64,000 nucleotides of DNA from Nemertoderma westbladi (Eukaryota > Animalia > Xenacoelomorpha): NCBI GenBank assembly GCA_032718475.1, contig JAUCBJ010001497.1, positions 385-64,384 of the forward strand, written 5' to 3'. A model generated the notes under the pieces. It saw nothing but the letters and a program-made list of their open reading frames with translations, searched no databases and had not been told where the DNA came from. Each line of letters begins with the position of its first letter. The stretch's first letter is position 1. The translations under genes and the position numbers were made by a program. This document shows, in pieces, positions 50,440 to 60,700 of the stretch.

Positions 50440-51044
50440 TACTACTACTATAATCGACCTGCTGCATTGAGCTGCTATACTGGCTTAACAAAAACGTTTC
50501 GTCACCACCATGGGATCCACAATTCACCACCACAACTCCCTATCCCCCATGACAATTGTGAGATTATCCGCATCTTCAAGGCCAGTGTCCTTTAAGATGC
50601 GTCTCACGAAAGTCACAGGCTGTCCACCATGCTTATTCACTCCATGAGGCTGCCAAAGTACAAGATTATGCACTGGCTGGTCCTCACGGCGAAAGCAATG
50701 TCCTGCAAAGCGGAGGCGATTTTGTTCTAGTGTCAAGCTTGGGGGAACCAATGAGACACCTCCAATGTTATATAGTGTCTGGTTGGAGATGTGTGCATTG
50801 TACTTGACACAATGAACCCGACGTAGCATTCTTGTGAATGTGCCATCCAGAGATTTGGTGTCCTCAGCAGTTAGAGCCCAGCTTGGACTCCCATAGAGGA
50901 GTACTGGAACTACTGCTGCTCTAAATAATCGGACCTTAAGTTTCCGATTAATTCTCGGTGACTTCCAAATCCTGGAAAGCCTATTCAAGGCTACCCATGC
51001 GTTTCGCTTATGTATTCGAAGGTCCTCACCTGACTTCTGGATCA
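50440..51044 (-). mobile_element. 5'-truncated, more diverged RTE copy
   Basis: ORF 50524-51072 matches the RTE C-terminus (RLRFAGHCFRR); (CTA)n tail at ~50440. Confidence 0.88.
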
Positions 51045-51246
51045 GGTGAGGTAATGCGTAATGCTGTGTCAAATAGGTTTAGGATTCAAACCAAAAGTTG
51101 AATGAATATTTTTACATATTATGTAACAATTAAGTGATGCTTAAATTATTAGCTAACATAATTATATAACATATTCTCTGGTCATCGAACACATACTGAA
51201 TATTAATCCAGACGTGATCTGTCCTGTTATATGTAACATAGTTAAT

Positions 51247-52230
51247 AGTAGTAATGGTTTGCCACTCTTGGCGACAATTGGACCAACTTCGCACCTTGGG
51301 TGTTAAGTAGGTCATTAATTAATTAAACAATTAATTAATTGGTCGATTAAACAATTAATTAATTGTTTAATCAATCGATTTGTATCAAATAATGTTGCCA
51401 AAGGCAATTTAATTTGATACAAATCAATCAGATAGGGACGCGAGATGAATAAATTGTACTACAGCAAATGAAATATACAATACAATAGGCACTGTACAAT
51501 ACAATATACAGTACATTTGTATTATTTTTGCCGTACAATAGAATGATAGAATGAAATATAAAGATGCGAGCGGGGCCCAAAACATAAATTACCCTTTCAA
51601 GAAAATAAAATGGACCAGTTTGGCCCTGGTTCAATCCCTCAATAATCTGCGGCCGTTTGGGCTCTTATTAGACGTAGCATGACTAACCCCACCAGTAGTA
51701 ATGGTTTGCCACTCTTGGCGACAATTGGACCAACTTCACATCTTGGGTGTTAAGTAGGTCATTAATTAATTAAACAATTAATTAATTGGTCGATTAAACA
51801 ATTAATTAATTGTTTAATCAATCGATTTGTATCAAATAATGTTGCCAAAGGCAATTTAATTTGATACAAATCAATCAGATAGGGACGCGAGATGAATAAA
51901 TTGTACTACAGCAAATGAAATATACAATACAATAGGCACTGCGCAATACAATATACAGTACATTTGTATTATTTTTGCCGTACAATAGAATGATAGAATG
52001 AAATATAAAGATGCGAGCGGGGCCCAAAACATAAATTACCCTTTCAAGAAAATAAAATGGACCAGTTTGGCCCTGGTTCAATCCCTCAATAATCTGCGGC
52101 CGTTTGGGCTCTTATTAGACGTAGCATGACTAACCCCACCATTGAATCCTATGTTGAGTTAAACCATTGTCAATTCGCCTAAGAAAATTATAATAAACAT
52201 CTGGTCTTGCAATAGATTATTCTTCTTTCA
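51247..52230 (+). mobile_element. Solo LTR-like copy of the 3748-4348 sequence with a 447-bp tandem duplication
   Basis: AGTAGTAATGGTTTGCCA starts at 51247 and 51694; the copy ends TTCTTCTTTCA at 52230. Confidence 0.75.
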
Positions 52231-52515
52231 CAACTCCATTCTAGCCTCCCTCTATAATAGCCCCCATTCACCGCATTCCCATTATTTATTCAAGAAATTA
52301 TATGTTTTTTATAATATATTTTGGAAAATTAGCCGACTAAGTCATAATTTTTAAAACTTTAAATAAGGGTGGAGTTATTTTATAAAGTTAAGAAGAGTGA
52401 ATCAATGGAGGCAACATGAAGTCTAATCTCTTGCCCTTTACTCATAAGACCGCACATTAACTCCCAAGGTTGCATACTATCACTATAGCTGGGAGAGTCA
52501 AAGCTAGTGTACAGG

Positions 52516-53301
52516 AATGAGGAAGTGAGGGAGTGAGGGAAGTGAGGGAAGTGAGGGAGTGAGGGAAGTGAGGGGGTGAGTGAGGGAGTGAGGGAAGTGA
52601 GGGAAGTGAGGGAAGTGAGGGAAGTGAGGGAAGTGAGGGAGGTGAGGGAAGTGAGGGAAGTGAGGGAAATGAGGGAAGTGAGGGAAGTGAGGGAGTGAGG
52701 GAAGTGAGGGAGTGAGGGAAGTGAGGGAAGTGAGGGAAGTGAGGCAGTGAGGCAGTGAGGGAAGTGAGGGAAGTGAGGGAAGTGAGGGAAGTGAGGGAGT
52801 GAGGCAGTGAGGGAAGTGAGGGAGTGAGGGAAGTGAGGGAAGTGAGGGAGTGAGGGAAGTGAGGGAAGTGAGGAAAGTGAGGGAAGTGAGGGAAGTGAGG
52901 GAAGTGAAGGAAGTGAGGGAAGTGAGGGAGTGAATGAGGAAGTGAGGGAAGTGAGGGAAGTGAGGGAAGTGAGGGAAGTGAGGAAAGTGAGGGAAGTGAG
53001 GGAAGTGAGGGAAGTGAGGGAAGTGAGGGAGTGAGGGAAGTGAGGGAGTGAGGGAAGTGAGGGAGTGAGTGAGGGAAGTGAGGGAAGTGAGGGAGTGAGG
53101 GAGTGAGGGAAGTGAGGGAAGTGAGGGAAGTGAGGGAAGTGAGGGAAGTGAGGGAAGTGAGGGAAGTGAGGCAGTGAGGGAAGTGAGGGAAGTGAGGGAA
53201 GTGAGGGAAGTGAGGGAAGTGAGGGAGTGAGGCAGTGAGGGAAGTGAGGGAAGTGAGGGAAGTGAGGCATAGTGAGGCATAGTGAGGCATAGTGAGGCAT
53301 A
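52516..53301. repeat. 9-bp purine-rich tandem repeat (AGTGAGGGA)n with 8-bp variants
   Basis: Direct reading; it explains the PHF/SLT repeat ORFs. Confidence 0.95.
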
Positions 53302-53405
53302 GTCGACCAATTAATTAATTGTTTAATTAATCGATTTGTACACTTCCCTCACATTAACATTAACTCACCGCTGCCTGACTGGCCCTACTGCCCTACTGCC
53401 CTTCT

Positions 53406-54380
53406 GTGACTGGCCCTACTGCCCTACTGCCCACTGATGTAGTTTGCTCGGAATCCCAAACTTCCTTTTGCGCAAGGGAAAAAATCTCAGCAACGATGTC
53501 GAATTCTCAAGAAAAACCACAATTGAATTTGTCAGATCTCGCCGGAATATCGAAACAACAATTTCTAGCAAAGATTACAAAGGAACGATTGTACGAAGCA
53601 TTACAATCCGCAGGACTTCTCGATGACTCAAGGGATACTCAACTGAACGAGACAAGTTCACAGCAATGCAAATCAGATATGGCCACCATAATCCGTGATG
53701 CAATTCGTATCGAGTTGGCGGATGTTAAGGGCGAAATCTCTGGCGTTAATAAGAAACTAGACGAGCTGGGTGCTCTACGATCAAAAGTAACGGCGCTAAA
53801 CGACGTGGTTGACAACGTGAAGAAAGATAATGCAAAACTACGCAGCGAGGTAGAAGGTTGTAAAGATGTTATAGCAAAACAGCAGCGTCAACTAGAAGTT
53901 TTTGACACTGACAGAAGATCGAAGAATATAATTATTCGTGGGATACCAGAAATAAATCCAGAAGTAGATCGCGCATTTTCAATAAAGATATTGAAGATTG
54001 CCGGCATGGAGAACCCTAACAACGTTTCGTTTAGACGATTAGGACGACAGTCAGATACAACTAATGGGACACAACAGGGTGGGAGTGCCCCGAGTCGTCC
54101 TCGACCGGTGTTAGTTGAGCTGGAGTCTCGCTATATTCGTGATAAGCTACTAGTTGGTGCCAAATCGTTGTCTAAGGCAGGAGAGGAATTTCACAACGTA
54201 TATATTAAACGAGATGAGATACCCCAGACCCTTGAAATGAATAGCAAACTGTATAAAGCGCTGCACGAGGAGAAACAGAAGCCCGTCAATATCAATGCAA
54301 ACGTATTTATTAACTGGCGTACAAGGTGTGTGATGAGGGATAATACTGTATTATTTCAGGTACCCAAATTGGGTTTTTAA
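53406..54380 (+). CDS. LINE ORF1 (coiled coil plus RRM/L1-type RNA-binding domain); likely start is ATG 53496
   Basis: RRSKNIIIRGIPE, RRLG, RPRPVLVEL and VYIKRD motifs. Confidence 0.88.
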   Translation: MTGPTALLPTDVVCSESQTSFCAREKISATMSNSQEKPQLNLSDLAGISKQQFLAKITKERLYEALQSAGLLDDSRDTQLNETSSQQCKSDMATIIRDAIRIELADVKGEISGVNKKLDELGALRSKVTALNDVVDNVKKDNAKLRSEVEGCKDVIAKQQRQLEVFDTDRRSKNIIIRGIPEINPEVDRAFSIKILKIAGMENPNNVSFRRLGRQSDTTNGTQQGGSAPSRPRPVLVELESRYIRDKLLVGAKSLSKAGEEFHNVYIKRDEIPQTLEMNSKLYKALHEEKQKPVNINANVFINWRTRCVMRDNTVLFQVPKLGF

Positions 54381-57300
54381 TAGGGCCGTGTGTAGATCTT
54401 AACATTCTTTGGTTTAATATCGCTGGAATTCAGAATAAGTTAGAAAATAGAAATACTGTACACTTTTTACTCCAATTTGACATTATATTTTTATTGGAAA
54501 TTAATAGTGCTTTGAATTTTACTGTACCTGGGCTCAAGTTTTTAAAGCGAAGTAAAATTTTACAAGGCAGAGGCCACCGTGGCGGTGTGGCTCTATTTGC
54601 CAAACCGTTTTTAGAGGATTTTATTACTGAAATAAAAGACAATTATGAGGACCAGTTGTGGATAAAAATACCTACCGTAGATTCAAGGTATATCGGAGGA
54701 TGTTACATCCCCAATAGCAGTTCAAAATTTTTTGATATATCATGTATTGGGATTATTCAGGGTATGTTTATGTCTGGGGATGCCCTATTGGCCGGAGGTG
54801 ATTTAAACAGTAGAATTGGTTACCCCGGTTGCCAACCGCTGGATGGGGCCTATAAAACCTGGCCAGATAATACTGTAAATAGCCATGGAAAAATATTGAA
54901 ACAAATGTGTACTGACACGGATGCAGTTATTGTGAACGGTTTAAAAGTACCATCATGTGATTTTCAGAGTGGTCTAACTTATAAAATAAAAGGAGTATGG
55001 AAGTCAGCTTTGGACTATATAATAGTAGCGAGGTCTCACGTAGAAGGTCCCAACAATAAACTCAGGTCATTAACTATTTGGTCTGACATAACCTTACCAT
55101 CTGATCATGCACCAATTAGTATATCTATTAGAGCAAACGAGATGCCTCTGGCACTATTAGATAAGCGAGCAACGAGTTTAGGTACCTATGACAATTACCT
55201 TAAAAGAGGGCACGAGGTAGCACATCGATTGAAGCCAAACCAAAACAGTGTATCCAACTATACCCAGTATATGCGAGTCAATAACCCACCGCCGTCATTG
55301 AGTATAAACATGAGTGATGTGCATTTCATTTGTAACGAACTTAGTAACCAATTATATGCTGCAGCAAAAACAACCCGTTGTAGGATAAAGGCGAGAGCTG
55401 GCAGTACCGACACCACATCTTGGGGGAATGAGAGGTGGAACCACTTACTTGCATGTAAAGACTCTAAAGCGTTATGGGCTGCCATTGATTGGAGAGGTAA
55501 TGTATCTACGCTGTCAACTCAAACAGATAGTCCAACATGCCCAACAGACGATGAATTTCAAGCTCATTACAATGCGCTATTAAATGATCCTGAGTATATA
55601 GAAGAGCAAATTGAATCTGAAATTAATATCCCTCTTTTAGATGAAGATATAACAATCAATGAAGTCAATGACGCAGCCTCGAAACTGAAATCGAACCGTG
55701 CTAGCGGTCCAGATGGATTGGCATCCGAATATTTGAAATCACTTCCAATGAACTGGCTGATTACTTTAACAATGATATTTAACTTGGTATTCTCTTCTAG
55801 AATTTACCCAAACACATGGGCATATGCTACACTTGTGTCAATCTTTAAGAAAGGAAATCGAATGTTATGTTCGAATTATAGGGGGATCAGTGTCATGAAC
55901 TGTATACCTAAGCTTTATGATATGATATTAACTAGTAGGCTCATGGCCTGGTATAAACCATTACCTGAGCAAGCAGGTGCTAGTAAGGGCCGAGGATGTA
56001 TTGAGCAAATTCTGGCGATACGATTGCTTTGTGATCATGCGAGGAAATGTAAAGCTATACTCTATGTGGTCTTTGTAGATTTCGAAAAGGCCTATGACAA
56101 TGTTAATCGTAACTACATGTTTGAAATGTTGAATAAGCTTGGCTGTGGTTCTAGAATGCTTAGAGCTTTACAGGCTATGTATAAGACAACTATTGCTTCA
56201 GTCCACTCACTATATATTATTTGTAATAAAGGCGTCCGCCAAGGTTCACCAGGAAGCTTATACTTGTTCGTAACCATTATTGATTGTTTTGTAAGAGCAC
56301 TTAAAAAGCTCCCACCCGATAGCTGGCTCAGAAAGCTCCACAGTGTACTACTTATGGATGATACTGCAATAATGGGAACATCTAGGGAGGCAATTATTGT
56401 GAAATTAAAAGTGCTTGAGGAATTCTGCCGGACTTCTGGGATGATCATCAATATTAAGAAAACCAAATTTATTGTAATAAACGGAACTGACGATGACAAA
56501 CGCGACTTCATTATTGGGAACAAAGCAATAAAAAATACAAATTCATATATATATCTGGGCTCACCTATTTCTGCAGACGGTTTAGTTTCAACCGCAATAG
56601 AGCTGATAGCAAAGGAGAAACAGTCGCACTTATTGAAATTCTCTACATTCATCAATAAGAACCCTGATGTACCATTCCGTGTGAAAAGGAAAATTTTTGA
56701 TGCTGCCTTAGTATCAGCAATTACATATGGGTGCGAAACATGGTGCGGTGGGTCAATAGTTCCAATGACGAAGATTTACATGTCAATGGTACGTCTGTTA
56801 TTGGGTGTCCGACCAACAACGTGTGGCGACATTTGCCTGATCGAGCTCGGTATTCCTGACTTTGAGACTTTAGTCCTGGACAAACAACGAAAATTCTTAA
56901 ATAACTTCACTATTGTCGATGATTCCCCTCTAAAGATAGCTATGGAACTCGTTGAAGTTTCTAGAAGTCCAATGTACCTAGCTATGGAGAGGGTAAGGAA
57001 ACTGCCCAATAATTACCTTGATCAGCAGCATTCAAAACTCACGAAATCGGTAGTAACATCAATGACAACAAAACGTCACCTTTATAAACTAATGAACCCT
57101 ACTACGTCACCACCTCATTTATACTTTGATCCAAGGGTTCCAGAACGTCATAGGATATCCTGGTCCCGCTTCAGATTAGGCAGCCACAATTTCCCAGTTG
57201 AGCGAATGCGGTGGGCGAGAGTGAAACCAGAGGAGCGTTGGTGTCAGTGCGGGGCAATTCAAACTGAACAGCACTTAGTTACGGAGTGTCCTAAAACACT

Positions 57301-57427
57301 GAAACATAGAACAGAGACAGAGGGGTGTACTGGAACGGCTTGGAACGATCTGGCTAGTTTATTTGCTTTGGAAAACCAGCCTGCTATAGCCAAAATGATT
57401 TATAAAATAAACGGCGAATTTGATTGA
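54371..57427 (+). CDS. LINE ORF2 (APE endonuclease, RT, C-terminal CCHC); no initiating AUG, overlaps ORF1 in the -1 frame
   Basis: Frame open from 54344. LNILWFNIAG, GGDLNSR, LDYI, SDHAPI; NYRGIS, FVDFEKAYD, GVRQG, LMDD; CQCG..QTEQH...C. Confidence 0.92.
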   Translation, partial: GFLIGPCVDLNILWFNIAGIQNKLENRNTVHFLLQFDIIFLLEINSALNFTVPGLKFLKRSKILQGRGHRGGVALFAKPFLEDFITEIKDNYEDQLWIKIPTVDSRYIGGCYIPNSSSKFFDISCIGIIQGMFMSGDALLAGGDLNSRIGYPGCQPLDGAYKTWPDNTVNSHGKILKQMCTDTDAVIVNGLKVPSCDFQSGLTYKIKGVWKSALDYIIVARSHVEGPNNKLRSLTIWSDITLPSDHAPISISIRANEMPLALLDKRATSLGTYDNYLKRGHEVAHRLKPNQNSVSNYTQYMRVNNPPPSLSINMSDVHFICNELSNQLYAAAKTTRCRIKARAGSTDTTSWGNERWNHLLACKDSKALWAAIDWRGNVSTLSTQTDSPTCPTDDEFQAHYNALLNDPEYIEEQIESEINIPLLDEDITINEVNDAASKLKSNRASGPDGLASEYLKSLPMNWLITLTMIFNLVFSSRIYPNTWAYATLVSIFKKGNRMLCSNYRGISVMNCIPKLYDMILTSRLMAWYKPLPEQAGASKGRGCIEQILAIRLLCDHARKCKAILYVVFVDFEKAYDNVNRNYMFEMLNKLGCGSRMLRALQAMYKTTIASVHSLYIICNKGVRQGSPGSLYLFVTIIDCFVRALKKLPPDSWLRKLHSVLLMDDTAIMGTSREAIIVKLKVLEEFCRTSGMIINIKKTKFIVINGTDDDKRDFIIGNKAIKNTNSYIYLGSPISADGLVSTAIELIAKEKQSHLLKFSTFINKNPDVPFRVKRKIFDAALVSAITYGCETWCGGSIVPMTKIYMSMVRLLLGVRPTTCGDICLIELGIPDFETLVLDKQRKFLNNFTIVDDSPLKIAMELVEVSRSPMYLAMERVRKLPNNYLDQQHSKLTKSVVTSMTTKRHLYKLMNPTTSPPHLYFDPRVPERHRISWSRFRLGSHNFPVERMRWARVKPEERWCQCGAIQTEQHLVTECPKTLKHRTETEGCTGTAWNDLASLFALENQPAIAKMIYKINGEFD

Positions 57428-57781
57428 TATTTTGAAAGAATTTTCTATTTGAAAGGTTGAACATATTTGGTTTTTGTATCTTAGTTTCATGACAATTTAT
57501 TTATTTGAAAATTTAAGCAAGTGAAGTTTCTTTTACGGAGCCCCTGAAGTTTTCATTAGTTTTCGACAATGAATCGATTATTATATATATTATATATATA
57601 TTTTACTATTATTGTGCTATATTGTATTTATAATATATTTATTTACTGTAAGAGAATTATTTAGTGTTCTTACCGGTACATTTAATGGTCTCACCATTCT
57701 TCACACGGCCAAGAAGTAATTAATTTGTGATATAATATTGTGTATTTATATGTGATGACAATAAACTTCAATCAATCAATC

Positions 57782-60700
57782 ACCAGGCTTCCCCCTTCCC
57801 TCCCTTACAGTCCCTTATATTAGACTCACCAGGCTTCCCCATTCCCCCTTCCCTCCCTTACAGTCCCTTATATTCGATTCACCTGGCTTCCCCATTCCCC
57901 CTTCCCTCCCTTACAGTCCCTTATATTAGACTCACCAGGCTTCCCCCTTCCCTCCCTTACAGTCCCTTATATTAGACTCACCAGGCTTCCCCATTCCCCC
58001 TTCCCTCCCTTACAGTCCCTTATATTCGATTCACCTGGCTTCCCCATTCCCCCTTCCCTCCTTTACAGTCCCTTATATTAGACTCACCTGGCTTCCCTAT
58101 TCCCCCTTCCCACCCTTACAGTCCCTTATATTAGACTCACCTGGCTTCCCCATCCCCCCTTCCCTCCCTTACAGTCCCTTATATTAGATTCACCTGGCTT
58201 CACCATTCCCCCTTCCCTCCCTTACAGTCCCTTATATTAGATTCACCTGGCTTCCCCATTCCCCCTTCCCACCCTTACAGTCCCTTATATTAGACTCACC
58301 TGGCTTCCCCATTCCCCCTTCCCTCCCTTACAGTCCCTTATATTCGATTCACCTGGCTTCCCCATTCCCCCTTCCCTCCCTTACAGTCCCTTATATTCGA
58401 TTCACCTGGCTCCCCCCTTCCATCCCTTACAGTCCCTTATATTAGACTCACCAGGCTTCCCCATTCCCCCTTCCCTCCCTTACAGTCCCTTATGTTAGAT
58501 TCACCTGGCTTCCCCATTCCCCCTTCCCTCCCTTACAGTCCCTTATATTAGACTCACCTGGCTTCCCCATTCCCCCTTCCTTCCCTCCCTTACAGTCCCT
58601 TATATTAGATTCACCTGGCTCCCCCCTTCCATCCCTTACAGTCCCTTATATTAGACTCACCAGGCTTCCCCATTCCCCCTTCCCTCCCTTACAGTCCCTT
58701 ATATTAGATTCACCTGGCTTCCCCATTCCCCCTTCCCACCCTTACAGTCCCTTATATTAGACTCACCTGGCTTCCCCATTCCCCCTTCCCTCCCTTACAG
58801 TCCCTTATATTCGATTCACCTGGCTTCCCATTCCCCCTTCCCTCCCTTACAGTCCCTTATATTCGATTCACCTGGCTCCCCCCTTCCATCCCTTACAGTC
58901 CCTTATATTAGACTCACCAGGCTTCCCCATTCCCCCTTCCCTCCCTTACAGTCCCTTATGTTAGATTCACCTGGCTTCCCCATTCCCCCTTCCCTCCCTT
59001 ACAGTCCCTTATATTAGACTCACCTGGCTTCCCCATTCCCCTTCCCTCCCTTACAGTCCCTTATATTCGATTCACCTGGCTTCCCCATTCCCCTTCCCTC
59101 CCTTACAGTCCCTTATATTCGATTCACCTGGCTCCCCCCTTCCATCCCTTACAGTCCCTTATATTAGACTCACCAGGCTTCCCCATTCCCCCTTCCCTCC
59201 CTTACAGTCCCTTATATTAGACTCACCTGGCTTCCCCATTCCCCCTTCCCTCCCTTACAGTCCTTTATATTAGACTCACCTGGCTTCCCCCTTCCCTCCC
59301 TTACAGTCCCTTATATTAGACTCACCTGGCTTCCCCATTCCCCTTCCTTCCCTCCCTTACAGTCCCTTATATTAGATTCACCTGGCTTCCCCATTCCCCC
59401 TTCCCTCCCTTACAGTCCCTTATATTAGATTCACCAGGCTTCCCCATTCCCCTTCCCTCCCTTACAGTCCCTTATATTAGACTCACCTGGCTTCCCCATT
59501 CCCCCTTCCCTCCCTTACAGTCCCTTATATTAGACTCACCAGGCTTCCCCATTCCCCCTTCCCTCCCTTACAGTCCCTTATATTCGATTCACCTGGCTTC
59601 CCCATTCCCCCTTCCCTCCCTTACAGTCCCTTATATTCGATTCACCTGGCTCCCCCCTTCCCTCCCTTACAGTCCCTTATATTAGACTCACCAGGCTTCC
59701 CCATTCCCCCTTCCCTCCCTTACAGTCCCTTATATTAGATTCACCTGGCTTCCCTATTCCCCCTTCCCTCCCTTACAGTCCCTTATATTAGATTCACCTG
59801 GCTTCCCCATTCCCCCTTCCCTCCCTTACAGTCCCTTATATTAGACTCACCTGGCTTCCCCATTCCCCCTTCCCTCCTTACAGTCCCTTATATTAGATTC
59901 ACCTGGCTTCCCCATTCCCCCTCCCTTACAGTCCCGTATAATTAGACTCACCTGGCTTCCACATTTCCCCTTCCCTCCTTACAGTCCCTTATATTAGATT
60001 CACCTGGCTTCCCCATTCCCCCTTCCCTCCCTTACAGTCCCTTATATTAGATTCACCTGGCTTCCCCATTCCCCCTTCCCACCATTACAGTCCCTTATAT
60101 TAGACTCACCTGGCTTCCCCATTCCCCCTTCCCTCCCTTACAGTCCCTTATATTCGATTCACCTGGCTTCCCCATTCCCCCTTCCCTCCCTTACAGTCCC
60201 TTATATTCGATTCACCTGGCTCCCCCCTTCCATCCCTTACAGTCCCTTATATTAGACTCACCAGGCGTCCCCATCCCCCCTCCCTTACAGTCCCTTATAT
60301 TCGATTCACCTGGCTTCCCCATTCCCCCTTCCCTCCCTTACAGTCCCTTATATTCGATTCACCTGGCTTCCCCATTCCCCCTTCCCTCCCTTATAGTCCC
60401 TTATATTAGATTCACATGCCTTCCCCATCCCCCCTCCCTTACAGTCCCTTATATTCGATTCACCTGGCTTCCCCATTCCCCCTTCCCTCCCTTACAGTCC
60501 CTTATATTAGACTCACCTGGCTCCCCCCCCCCCTTCCCTCCCTTATAGTCCCTTATATTAGACTCACCTGCCTTCCCCATTCCCCCTTCCCTCCCTTACA
60601 GTCCCTTATATTAGATTCACCTGGCTTCCCCCTTCCCTCCCTTACAGTCCCTTATATTAGACTCACCAGGCTTCCCCATTCCTCCTTCCATCCCTTACAG

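Larger units (their letters stand above)
53345..57781 (+). mobile_element. Apparently intact full-length APE-type LINE with (TCAA)n tail
   Basis: Uninterrupted ORF1 and ORF2, AT-rich 3' UTR, then AATAAA and TCAATCAATCAATC at ~57760-57781. The 5' boundary is approximate and no TSD was found. Confidence 0.9.

Noticed and set aside
3748-52230. A single giant element bounded by the two LTR-like copies
   Set aside because: The copies are inverted relative to each other, differ by indels and lie on opposite sides of the adapter junction.
52380-53310. Long PHF/SLT/LPS-repeat ORFs
   Set aside because: Open in all three minus frames because of the 9-bp repeat; no coding evidence.
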